Virus record (IMG/VR): IMGVR_UViG_3300037479_000047
Coordinates: 1-55,077 of that record
Direction: 5' to 3' (one strand)
Length of the DNA: 55,077 nucleotides
Source of the DNA: a virus
Lineage: Duplodnaviria; Caudoviricetes
In this document: positions 38,022 through 46,717 of the stretch, piece by piece
Layout: each line of letters opens with the position of its first letter
How positions within the stretch are numbered: position 1 is the stretch's first letter
Position numbers and translations under genes: made by a program
The notes under the pieces: generated by a model
The model's input: the letters and a program-made list of their open reading frames with translations, nothing else
Databases searched by the model: none
Told to the model about the DNA's origin: nothing

Positions 38022-38855
38022 ATGGCTGATACTGCCTTTCAGACTCAGTATCGGCAGGAGCTTGTTGCAGCCTTCGAAGAGGGCATGTCCTGGTTGCGCC
38101 AGACGACCGTTACCGAAGCGGTTATCAAAGGCAATCAGGCTGTGTTTCTTGTGGGCGGCTCTGGCAATGCTTCTGCCGTTACGCGAGGTGTTAACGGTCT
38201 GATCCCGGCGCGTGCCGACGATCTGACTCAGAACACCTGCACACTGACCGAGTGGCACGATCTTGTTCGCAAAACTCGGTTCAACATCTTTGCATCGCAG
38301 GGCGATCAGCGCCGGTTGATGCAAGACACAACCCGCAAGGTTCTCAATCGCCGCGTTGACGCTGACGTAATAGCGCAGCTTGACACGGCGACCACGAATC
38401 TTGGGGCGGCAACGACGTTCTCGCTTTCTGTGGCGGCAAAGGCATGCACCACGCTGGGCGAGAATGAGGTTCCAGTTGAGGAGATTGACAAGATGTGGGC
38501 GGTAGCCACCCCTGCAGTGCGCGGCTACATCATGCAACTCCCCGAGGCAACCAAGATCGACTATGTTGAGATGAAAATGCTAGTTGGTCCGGCGCGGCGC
38601 GTGATGCGTTGGGCTGGGTTCAACTGGATTTTCCACCCGAATCTGACCGGCGTCGGCACGTCTTCGGAGAAGTGCTACTTCTACCATCAGGACGCCATCG
38701 GCTCGGCCTTTGACCAGGGTGAAGGTCTCAATACGGCGGTAGGCTACGACGAGGAGCAGGACTATTCCTATGCTCGCGCGTCCAGCTTCACTGGTGCCAA
38801 GCTCCTCCAACAGACCGGCATCGTGCAGTTCTTGCATGACGCCTCGGCCATATAG
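38022..38855 (+). CDS. Major capsid protein
   Basis: FQTQYRQE...WLRQT, RWAGFNWI and CYFYHQDAIG; position after scaffold. Confidence 0.82.
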   Translation: MADTAFQTQYRQELVAAFEEGMSWLRQTTVTEAVIKGNQAVFLVGGSGNASAVTRGVNGLIPARADDLTQNTCTLTEWHDLVRKTRFNIFASQGDQRRLMQDTTRKVLNRRVDADVIAQLDTATTNLGAATTFSLSVAAKACTTLGENEVPVEEIDKMWAVATPAVRGYIMQLPEATKIDYVEMKMLVGPARRVMRWAGFNWIFHPNLTGVGTSSEKCYFYHQDAIGSAFDQGEGLNTAVGYDEEQDYSYARASSFTGAKLLQQTGIVQFLHDASAI

Positions 38856-38867
38856 GAGGGCTGAACA

Positions 38868-39185
38868 ATGGCAACCTTTAACAAAAACAAGTTGGGTCTA
38901 GTGTTCCAGGCGATTGCTGGGCCAAAGACCTTTTACTACACCGATACCGGTTTGCTCATCGCGGATGTCAACGAAGTCGAGGGTTTTTTCACCACCGGCT
39001 ACGACTGCGGCATGCGCCACGGCGACCGAGTGCTTATCCAGGAAGGCGACACGGGCACCTTTGATACCAGTGGGCGTCAGACGGGCGGCCGGAGGCAGTA
39101 TATCGCTACTGTGCTCAAGGCAACCGATACTGGTGCTACACAGGTGACGCTCGGAACGGCCGTTCTCGTTGGTGATACCTCTTAG
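38868..39185 (+). CDS. Putative capsid decoration protein; 3 DTG motifs
   Basis: Small beta-rich ORF directly after the capsid gene with a strong RBS, followed by a terminator. Confidence 0.6.
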   Translation: MATFNKNKLGLVFQAIAGPKTFYYTDTGLLIADVNEVEGFFTTGYDCGMRHGDRVLIQEGDTGTFDTSGRQTGGRRQYIATVLKATDTGATQVTLGTAVLVGDTS

Positions 39186-39211
39186 TGGGTGTCATCATAG
39201 ACTAACCCGAG

Positions 39212-39240
39212 GGAGCGGTCAGCGATGGCCGCTCCTTTTT
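39212..39240 (+). terminator. Rho-independent terminator after the capsid genes
   Basis: GGAGCGGTC-loop-GGCCGCTCC followed by TTTTT. Confidence 0.7.
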
Positions 39241-39266
39241 ACCCTCCCTTCAGAAAGGATTTATCA

Positions 39267-39785
39267 ATGTCTGACGTTGCTGTTGCAGCGAATGTTAAGG
39301 CTGTCAAGAAGCCCGAACCCGCCCCAGAGCAACCGCTTGTGTTAAAGCCGCAGGCGTTCAGTGGGGCCGAATTTGCTTATGCGACCTTCTCTGCCACGCT
39401 TCCGGTCGGCTGGACGGTTGAGGATGCACTTAAGCCCGAGTTCTGGGTGCATGTGGCGCACAAACTCGCCAAAAACCCCATTAGCAATGAGCCGGATCGG
39501 TCGGGTGCGATTATCGAGCTTCGCACCGTCGATCATGCCTTTTATGCACAGCTCTATGTGCGGGCAGTGCAAGAGCGGGGATTGGTTGTCGCGTTGATGG
39601 GCGAGCCGGTCTATTTCGGGCCGCGCGAGGTCAAATCGGCAGCTTACAAAGAACGCTGGAATGTTGGCGCTCGCGGTTACGACATTATCCGCGTGTCGGA
39701 TAATGAAATCGTGGCGCATGCCTCAAAGATCAAAACCAAAGAGCAGGTGCAAGCCTGGATTGATGAAGCAATGAAGGTGCGATAA
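39267..39785 (+). CDS. Hypothetical protein
   Basis: ATG after GAAAGGA inside ORF 39225..39785. Confidence 0.65.
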   Translation: MSDVAVAANVKAVKKPEPAPEQPLVLKPQAFSGAEFAYATFSATLPVGWTVEDALKPEFWVHVAHKLAKNPISNEPDRSGAIIELRTVDHAFYAQLYVRAVQERGLVVALMGEPVYFGPREVKSAAYKERWNVGARGYDIIRVSDNEIVAHASKIKTKEQVQAWIDEAMKVR

Positions 39786-40423
39786 TGGCAACCAAGCTGG
39801 CCTTGTTCAACGCTGCCTTGCTAGAGGTTGGGCATACTACACTCACCGATACGGGCGAGGCGGTTGAGGCGGGGCGCGTGCTGAACGAGGTTTATAGTCA
39901 GGTTGTTGATGAATGTCTGGCGGTCGGCTCTTGGAACTTTGCTATGGAGACCATCAAGGCCGAGGCGGATACCGGAGTGACTCCAGAGTTTGGCTTCACC
40001 GAGGTATTCGCCAAGCCGACCGATTGGGTACGCACCATTGGCATCAGCCAGGATGAGTATTTCGCCTATCCGCTGTTGCACTACTACGACGATGCAAATT
40101 TCTGGTCGGCGGATGTATCGCCAATTTATGTGCGCTATGTGTCTGACGATACCGGGCTAGGCTATGAACTCACACGCTGGCCGGCCGCGTTCGCTCGTTA
40201 TGTCGGGTTGGAATTGGCCGATCGTATCTGTTTAAGGGTAACGCAAAATTTGTCTCTCAGGGAAGAGATCGCTGCTAAACGTGACAAGGCAAGGACGCGA
40301 GCACTCAACCATGATGCGATGAATGAGCCGCAGCCCAAGTTTGCGCCGCCTGGGAGCTGGACAACCGCAAGATGGGGTCGGTCGGGCGGCGACCGTGGCA
40401 ATCGCGGCAGTTTGATCGGCTAG
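39785..40423 (+). CDS. Tail tubular protein A / adaptor (T7 gp11-like); 3 DTG motifs
   Basis: N.AL..VG, WNFA, P.D.VR and LA..IC motifs. Confidence 0.8.
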   Translation: MATKLALFNAALLEVGHTTLTDTGEAVEAGRVLNEVYSQVVDECLAVGSWNFAMETIKAEADTGVTPEFGFTEVFAKPTDWVRTIGISQDEYFAYPLLHYYDDANFWSADVSPIYVRYVSDDTGLGYELTRWPAAFARYVGLELADRICLRVTQNLSLREEIAAKRDKARTRALNHDAMNEPQPKFAPPGSWTTARWGRSGGDRGNRGSLIG

Positions 40424-40427
40424 GGCG

Positions 40428-43400
40428 ATGGCGCGCCAGAATCCAGCCCTGCTCGCCTTTAATCGCGGGATTCTCTCCACCAAGGCTCTCGCTCGGGTAG
40501 ACCTCGACCGCACGCAGCTTTCGGCCGAGGTGATGACTAATTGGCTCCCCAAAACTCAGGGAGCCATGATCATTCGCCCTGGCACCAAGCATCTCGGATC
40601 GAGCCTGAATGACAGCGGTGCCGAGTGGATTGAATTTGTCGCCTCCACGGATGACGCGGCGCTGTTGGAACTTACGCATAAGAAGCTGCGGGTGTGGATT
40701 GACGACGCGCTCTTGGCGCGTCCCGATGTCAACACTACCGTTTCGCTTTCCGACACGGGATGGTCGAACACGTCAACGGGCGGGCTGGTTGTCTCCGGCG
40801 GCACCCCCGACCTTGACAACGATGTTATTCCTAAGATGGATACCGGCCCCACCTTCGCTGGGGTGACGATTACAGCCTCAGGCGATAGCCGTGTATTATC
40901 GGGTGTTAGCAGTGGCAGACCTTGGAGGGCCGCTGACGACACGACCACTGAAGAATGGCTAGATACTGGTCAAGTAGCCTCTGGCACGTTTAAGCCGAGC
41001 TGGTGGAAAATCAATTTCGGCACAGATACCGGAAACCGTAAAGCCGTATTGGCTTATTCGATACGGGCCGGCAGTCAAAGCAACTTTCTCAATAAAGCGC
41101 CCCAACGTTGGCAGCTTATTGCCAGCAATTTCGACACCGGCACGTTTGCAATAGATACTGGCAAGTGGAGATTGGAGGATACGCAAGGCTCGGAGACGGG
41201 CTGGGCTACCAATGAGCGTCGGTTTTATACATTGCCCGGAGCCGATACGGGCACAGTGGAGCCTCGGCGTTATTGGCGTTTGAGTATCAAGGCGGTGGAT
41301 GGCGGTCCCTGTTGTATCATCTCAGAAATTGAGATGTTCGAGGGCCAGCAATCGTCGCAAGCTATCTTCAAGAGCGGTCACTGGACACTTAATCCGACCT
41401 CGATAGGGGCGCTGGCCCAGATTCGCAAGCGGGTTGTTGTCAGCGACACTGGCACCGAGCACTCGCTGGATATTCATGTTTCGCGCGGGCCTGTTACGTT
41501 GCGGGTCGGCACGGCGGATGCAGGCGACGACCTTATTAGTGAAACTGTGCTCGGTACTGGCTATCATAATCTAGCCTTTACACCACAATCAACGCATTTT
41601 CATATTCTCTTTCAATCTTCCGAACTCGCAGATCGGATAATCAATTCGCTACAAATCGGTGACAGCGGGATTGTGCAGATTGAGACCCCCTGGGAAACTG
41701 TCAATCTTGACGACGTTCGTTACGATCAATCTGCGGACGTGATTTATGTCGATTGCGATACGATTTCGCCGCGCAAGATTGAACGGCGTGGGACCGGGCG
41801 ATCTTGGTCCGTAGTCGAATACCAGCCGAATGACGGCCCGTTCCGTCCGGCGGCATCGTCAAATGCCAAGCTGTCGGTAAGCCATAAATACGGCAATACG
41901 AAGCTAAATTCGGACTTGCCATTTTTCAGAAATAGCCAAGTCGGCGCGCTCATGCGCCTGTTTACTTCCGGGCAAAGCGGTCTTTGGCCGCTAGGTGCAA
42001 AAGATGCCGCAACGGATGCGGTACAGGTTACGGGCATTAGCGACACCGGAGCGGCGACCGGCAATTCCGAGCGAGAAGTTTCTATCTCGGTCGCGGGAAC
42101 CTGGTCTGGAACGGCACAGGTCGAGCGGTCGTTTGACGGTCCCGACATCGGATTCCATCCGGCCACGCCGAACTTCATGGCCAATGCTGCGGCGACCGAT
42201 ACCGGAACCTTTACCCGCACCGTTCACGACAAGGACGATAATATCACGGCATGGTATCGGGTGCGGTTGACGGCCTACACCTCGGGTGTCGCGCTGGTGA
42301 CGATCGCCTACAAGGGCGGTGGCGTTAATGGCATAGCGAGAATTACCGGCCACAATTCCAGTACCGATGTAAACATTGAGGTGCTTAGTCGCTTTTCCGA
42401 CACGGGGCCAACCGACAGTTGGCAAGAGGGCGAGTTTTCGGGACGTCGGGGGTTCCCGACGGCGGTGTCCTTATATAGCGGCAGGCTCGGCCACGCGAAA
42501 AAGGCCACTCTATTTCTCTCCGCGTCCGATGACTATGAAAATTTCGATGATGAGCAAGTAGGCGATGCCGCTCCGATCATCCGCACGCTTGGCTCGGGCC
42601 CGGTAGATAGCATTGTCTACTTATTGGCGCTGTTGCGCCTAGTGATAGGCACGTCTGGCGCCGAAATCGAATTGCGCTCTTCGTCGCTGGACGAGCCGGT
42701 TACCCCGGACAATTCCAATGCGCGGATATTCTCGACGCAAGGCTCGGCCAACCTTCGGGCGTTAAGGCTCGATACTAAGGGCATCTTCGTGCAGAGGTCC
42801 GGTCAGCGCATGTTTATGATCGGAGCCGGCCTGCGCGATGCTTCTGCTTTTGGGGAATACAGCAATTCGGAATTGACGATGCTGGTTCCAGATTTGCTGG
42901 AAGCCGGCATTGTTTCGGTGGCCATTCAGCGCCAGCCCGACACGCGCATTCATGCGGCGTTGGCCAATGGCAAGGTGGGCATTCTCACCTATGAACCGGA
43001 TGAAGAAGTGCTGTGCTGGTCGATGTGGGAGACGGATGGCGCGGTTGAGCGGGTCATGGTGCTTCCGGGCACCAACGAGGATGCCGTTTATTATCACGTC
43101 AATCGCACCATCAACGGCGCGACCAAGCGCTTCCTCGAGCGCTGGGCATTAGAGAGCGAGACAAAAGGCGATACTGGACTCACCTTCCTAATGGATTGTG
43201 CCAAGCAGGGCACCACTAACGGCACGGCCATTGTTTCAGGGTTTGCCCATCTTGCCGGTGAGGCATTGGTCGCTGTGGCGCAAGACACCGGCCAAGTTGC
43301 TGCTATGCGCGATTTGTCGCCGGATACTGCCGGGATCCAGAAGACCTATTTAGTGGATACGGGTGCAGGAACCATTACCCTCGACACTGGCAATTTTACC

Positions 43401-43766
43401 AATGTGGTGGCTGGTCTACCCTATACTGCCACCTATAAATCTACCAAACTCGCTTATGCAGCGGAGGCCGGGACGGCTCTCGCGCAGATGAAGCGCACCG
43501 ATAAGATTGGCTTCGTGCTGCATCGCGTGCATAACAACGCGCTGTTTTTTGGCAATGACACCGGCAAGCTCGATGCGCTTCCGCGCAAGATCGACGGTGG
43601 TGCCTTAGTAAATCCCGACAAAATCTTCGACTCCCTCGATCAAGTAGCGGTCCCGTTCCCAGGTTTATGGGATGCCGATAGCCGCATTGTGTTACGCGCG
43701 AAGTCCCCCAGGCCGGTGACAGTAATGGCGGCGGTGCCAACCGTTGGCACGTCCGAACGAGTGTGA
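40428..43766 (+). CDS. Tail tubular protein B / nozzle with inserted discoidin-like domain; 16 DTG motifs
   Basis: FNRG.LS...RPGT, QSADV, GFP.AV...RL and GLPY motifs of the gp12/P22 gp10 nozzle family. Confidence 0.85.
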   Translation: MARQNPALLAFNRGILSTKALARVDLDRTQLSAEVMTNWLPKTQGAMIIRPGTKHLGSSLNDSGAEWIEFVASTDDAALLELTHKKLRVWIDDALLARPDVNTTVSLSDTGWSNTSTGGLVVSGGTPDLDNDVIPKMDTGPTFAGVTITASGDSRVLSGVSSGRPWRAADDTTTEEWLDTGQVASGTFKPSWWKINFGTDTGNRKAVLAYSIRAGSQSNFLNKAPQRWQLIASNFDTGTFAIDTGKWRLEDTQGSETGWATNERRFYTLPGADTGTVEPRRYWRLSIKAVDGGPCCIISEIEMFEGQQSSQAIFKSGHWTLNPTSIGALAQIRKRVVVSDTGTEHSLDIHVSRGPVTLRVGTADAGDDLISETVLGTGYHNLAFTPQSTHFHILFQSSELADRIINSLQIGDSGIVQIETPWETVNLDDVRYDQSADVIYVDCDTISPRKIERRGTGRSWSVVEYQPNDGPFRPAASSNAKLSVSHKYGNTKLNSDLPFFRNSQVGALMRLFTSGQSGLWPLGAKDAATDAVQVTGISDTGAATGNSEREVSISVAGTWSGTAQVERSFDGPDIGFHPATPNFMANAAATDTGTFTRTVHDKDDNITAWYRVRLTAYTSGVALVTIAYKGGGVNGIARITGHNSSTDVNIEVLSRFSDTGPTDSWQEGEFSGRRGFPTAVSLYSGRLGHAKKATLFLSASDDYENFDDEQVGDAAPIIRTLGSGPVDSIVYLLALLRLVIGTSGAEIELRSSSLDEPVTPDNSNARIFSTQGSANLRALRLDTKGIFVQRSGQRMFMIGAGLRDASAFGEYSNSELTMLVPDLLEAGIVSVAIQRQPDTRIHAALANGKVGILTYEPDEEVLCWSMWETDGAVERVMVLPGTNEDAVYYHVNRTINGATKRFLERWALESETKGDTGLTFLMDCAKQGTTNGTAIVSGFAHLAGEALVAVAQDTGQVAAMRDLSPDTAGIQKTYLVDTGAGTITLDTGNFTNVVAGLPYTATYKSTKLAYAAEAGTALAQMKRTDKIGFVLHRVHNNALFFGNDTGKLDALPRKIDGGALVNPDKIFDSLDQVAVPFPGLWDADSRIVLRAKSPRPVTVMAAVPTVGTSERV

Positions 43767-44119
43767 TTATCCGTCCAGCCACGCGCGAGGACATCGAAGC
43801 GTTTTCGCCGATGCGCGACAAGCCAAGCGTCAGGGCGTGGTGCATGGATGCGGGCGGGAAGATTATCGCTCTCGGTGGTGTGGCGTTATCTGGCGGGCGA
43901 TGGTTTGCCTTCGTTGACCTTGACGATGAGGCGCGTAGGCACAAGGTCGCCCTAGCTCGCGCGGCCATTCGCTTTTTCGCCATGCTGCGTCGCGAGGGAA
44001 TTAAATTCGTCTATGCCGAGGCCGATCCCGAGGAATCGGGCAGCATTGCCTGGATGACACGCTTGGGTTTCGTCAAGGATCTGAGAACGAACTATCTTTA
44101 TCGCTGGAGCCTACAATAA
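43763..44119 (+). CDS. GNAT-like virion assembly protein (T7 gp13-like)
   Basis: IRPATREDI...WMTRLGF; position after the nozzle. Confidence 0.65.
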   Translation: MIIRPATREDIEAFSPMRDKPSVRAWCMDAGGKIIALGGVALSGGRWFAFVDLDDEARRHKVALARAAIRFFAMLRREGIKFVYAEADPEESGSIAWMTRLGFVKDLRTNYLYRWSLQ

Positions 44120-44120
44120 C

Positions 44121-44708
44121 ATGGCTATGCTAGGCACCATTGCTGCAATTGCTTCGCTTGCCAGCGCCGGGCTGGCTGCAGCTGGCACTATTGCCGCCGG
44201 TCGCGCACAAGAGGCCGAGGCTCAAGCGCAAGCGTTGATGCTGCAACAGCGCGCCGAGGCCGAGGAAAAAATGTCCGAGTTCGAGGCTGCGCAGCTTGAG
44301 ATGCAAGGCAGGGAGGAACTTGCCGAAGCTCAGCAAGAAGCCGCGCAGCTCCGCCGGAGAAAAAACCTTGCATTGTCACAACTCACGGCGCGGGCTGCGT
44401 CCTCTGGCTTTACTGCCACCGATCCGACAGCGTTATCTCTTGCCTCGGACATTGCCAAATATGGCACCCTGCAAGAGCAGATGGCGCTTTACGGTGGCAA
44501 GTCCCGCCGTGCGGGACTTGAGGCGCAAGCGGCGGCGCGGCGCTATTCGGGAGCGACCGGCGTGCAGTCTTATTTGACTGAGGCTGAGGCAGCGAAAATG
44601 GCTGGCAAGTCGGCAAAGACGGCAAGCTATCTCAGCGCGGGCGGGACCATTGCTGGGAGCACGTCCACGATGGCAACCAAATATGCCAAGAAATACGGAT
44701 ACGGCTAG
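44121..44708 (+). CDS. Internal virion (ejection) protein, gp14-like
   Basis: Ala/Gly-rich hydrophobic ends with central AASSG motif. Confidence 0.7.
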   Translation: MAMLGTIAAIASLASAGLAAAGTIAAGRAQEAEAQAQALMLQQRAEAEEKMSEFEAAQLEMQGREELAEAQQEAAQLRRRKNLALSQLTARAASSGFTATDPTALSLASDIAKYGTLQEQMALYGGKSRRAGLEAQAAARRYSGATGVQSYLTEAEAAKMAGKSAKTASYLSAGGTIAGSTSTMATKYAKKYGYG

Positions 44709-46717
44709 TGGCGAAGCTTCCGACAAGAGAGGATTTAGGTCCGCTACCTTCGGCCTTGACTGGACGGCCCATTGCGCGGCTGGATATCAAAGTCCCGGAC
44801 ACCTCAATTGCCGCACGCGGCCGGCTTGCGGCGGCTCGTGGCCTGCAAGACCTTGGGCAGGGATTTGCTCAAGTCGCGGCGGCTTTCGAGAAACAGCAAG
44901 AGGAAGATGACGCGCTTGATGCCATCAAGGCCAAAGCCTACCGTGATACTGAATACCTAAAACTTGAGCGTTCCTTCGATAACGATCCTGAGTTCGAGAC
45001 TTACGGCGAGCGGCACACCAAACGGGCGCAAGAGATTGATTCCGAAGCGCTCAACATGATTAAGAATAAACAGCTCCGTGAGCGCTGGGGATATGAGTTT
45101 CAGGTTGGGCAGGCCATTAGTGCCAATAAGATTTTAGAAAAGGCATACCAATTGGAGCGGGATCGGCGCAGGGCCGATCTAATAAATGCATTAGATACGC
45201 ACAGGTCTATGTATATTGATCCGCAGGCGAGTTTGGAGGACAAGGCACAGGCGCGGCGCAGCATGGAACTTGCCATCGCAGCATCGGCGCGGGCTGGATT
45301 GATTACACCTGAGAATGCGCTTTCGCTCAACGAGCGATATGTCAAGGGTGTTGCGGCAGAAGATGCCAAGGTCGAGCTGCTATCAGACCCAGATGCGCTC
45401 GACAGGGAATTGAAAGGCGTCACCCCATTCCAGCGCCGGCTTGAACTGAGGGAATCGGGTGGCGATCCAACGCGGGTCAACCCGCAAGGTTATGCTGGTT
45501 CCTATCAATTCGGCGCCCCCAGACTGCTCGACCTCGGGTTTTATAGGCTTGGCGATACCGAGAGGATCGACAAGGGCAAGTGGAGCGGAGACAAGTGGTC
45601 TGGAAGCTTCGACATTCCTGGCTTCCCTGAACTAAGAACCCTAGAGGATTTCCTTGCTAATCCAGAAGCACAGAAAGCTGTCTTTGATGCTCATGTCCGG
45701 TTGATGGACAAAGAAATCGCTGCCAACCGCCTGGATGCTTATGAGGGCTTAACGGTGGGCGGGGTGAAAATCACCCGCGAGGGACTTTACGGCATGCTGC
45801 ATTTAGGCGGTATAAAGTCCACCATGCGGGCGCTTCAAAGTGGCGGCGCCGATAATCCGGCCGACGCCAACGGGACTACGGTCCTCGACTATGCGGCTAT
45901 GGGTGAGCCCTATAGCCGTTATGCCAGCCTTGATCCTTTAGAGCGGGCCCAGCTTAGGTCTGATGTTGACAGAGCGCTTAAGCAAGACCCGGACCTTGAC
46001 CTTCTACGCAAGGAGATCGCCAAGACTGGCTATGACATGCTGATGGACGATAAGATGGACGCGGGTTGGCTGGAGGCCAACCGCGACATTCTCACCGTGT
46101 CCGACTACAAGGCGTTTCTGAGGGGCCTGCAACCCGGCGGCACCAGTCGCAAGATGGAACCCAGTGAATATCTGCGATTGTTTGACCTTGCCGACAATGA
46201 CCCACAAACCGCAATGGACGAGTTGCGCGATATGTACGGAAGGGACGAAATCGCCAAGGACGATTTCAAGAGCCTGTTCAGCCGCGCAAATCAGAACATC
46301 AAATCTACACGCGGGCGACCATACTCAACTGAGATTAGGCAATATGTGCGGCAGCAGCTTGCGCCATCCGACCGCGACCCAGATTGGTGGCGTTCGCGCC
46401 AACTAGACGCTCAGTTTCAATTCGACGATTGGTTGGAAGCCAATCCCACTGCCACGCGCGAGGAAATCAGGAAGCAAGCGCAAGTGATCATTGATGACTT
46501 CCGCGCTATTCGTTACGGCCGGGGCGTGACCGAGTTGCCGCCGCCGCGCTTCGTCGCCAAGCCAAGAGAAGCAATCGAGGATGCAGACCTAGAAATCTCC
46601 AAGGCCAAGGTGGTGGAGGAATTGAAGGCGGGGAAACTCACCGCCAAAGAAGCTGCCGAGCAAGCCGCTATTCTACGTCGCTGGTTCGATCTTCTGAAAT
46701 ATCGGAAGGCAAAATAA
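44708..46717 (+). CDS. Internal virion (ejection) protein with lysozyme-like/transglycosylase domain
   Basis: RESGG....N..GYAGSYQFG and HLGG. Confidence 0.7.
   Translation: MAKLPTREDLGPLPSALTGRPIARLDIKVPDTSIAARGRLAAARGLQDLGQGFAQVAAAFEKQQEEDDALDAIKAKAYRDTEYLKLERSFDNDPEFETYGERHTKRAQEIDSEALNMIKNKQLRERWGYEFQVGQAISANKILEKAYQLERDRRRADLINALDTHRSMYIDPQASLEDKAQARRSMELAIAASARAGLITPENALSLNERYVKGVAAEDAKVELLSDPDALDRELKGVTPFQRRLELRESGGDPTRVNPQGYAGSYQFGAPRLLDLGFYRLGDTERIDKGKWSGDKWSGSFDIPGFPELRTLEDFLANPEAQKAVFDAHVRLMDKEIAANRLDAYEGLTVGGVKITREGLYGMLHLGGIKSTMRALQSGGADNPADANGTTVLDYAAMGEPYSRYASLDPLERAQLRSDVDRALKQDPDLDLLRKEIAKTGYDMLMDDKMDAGWLEANRDILTVSDYKAFLRGLQPGGTSRKMEPSEYLRLFDLADNDPQTAMDELRDMYGRDEIAKDDFKSLFSRANQNIKSTRGRPYSTEIRQYVRQQLAPSDRDPDWWRSRQLDAQFQFDDWLEANPTATREEIRKQAQVIIDDFRAIRYGRGVTELPPPRFVAKPREAIEDADLEISKAKVVEELKAGKLTAKEAAEQAAILRRWFDLLKYRKAK

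Noticed and set aside
23405-43766. DTG/DSG as aspartic-protease catalytic motifs
   Set aside because: Pepsin-like and retropepsin enzymes have one or two such motifs in a defined fold. Here there are up to 16 per chain, including in recognisable structural proteins, with variable flanking residues.
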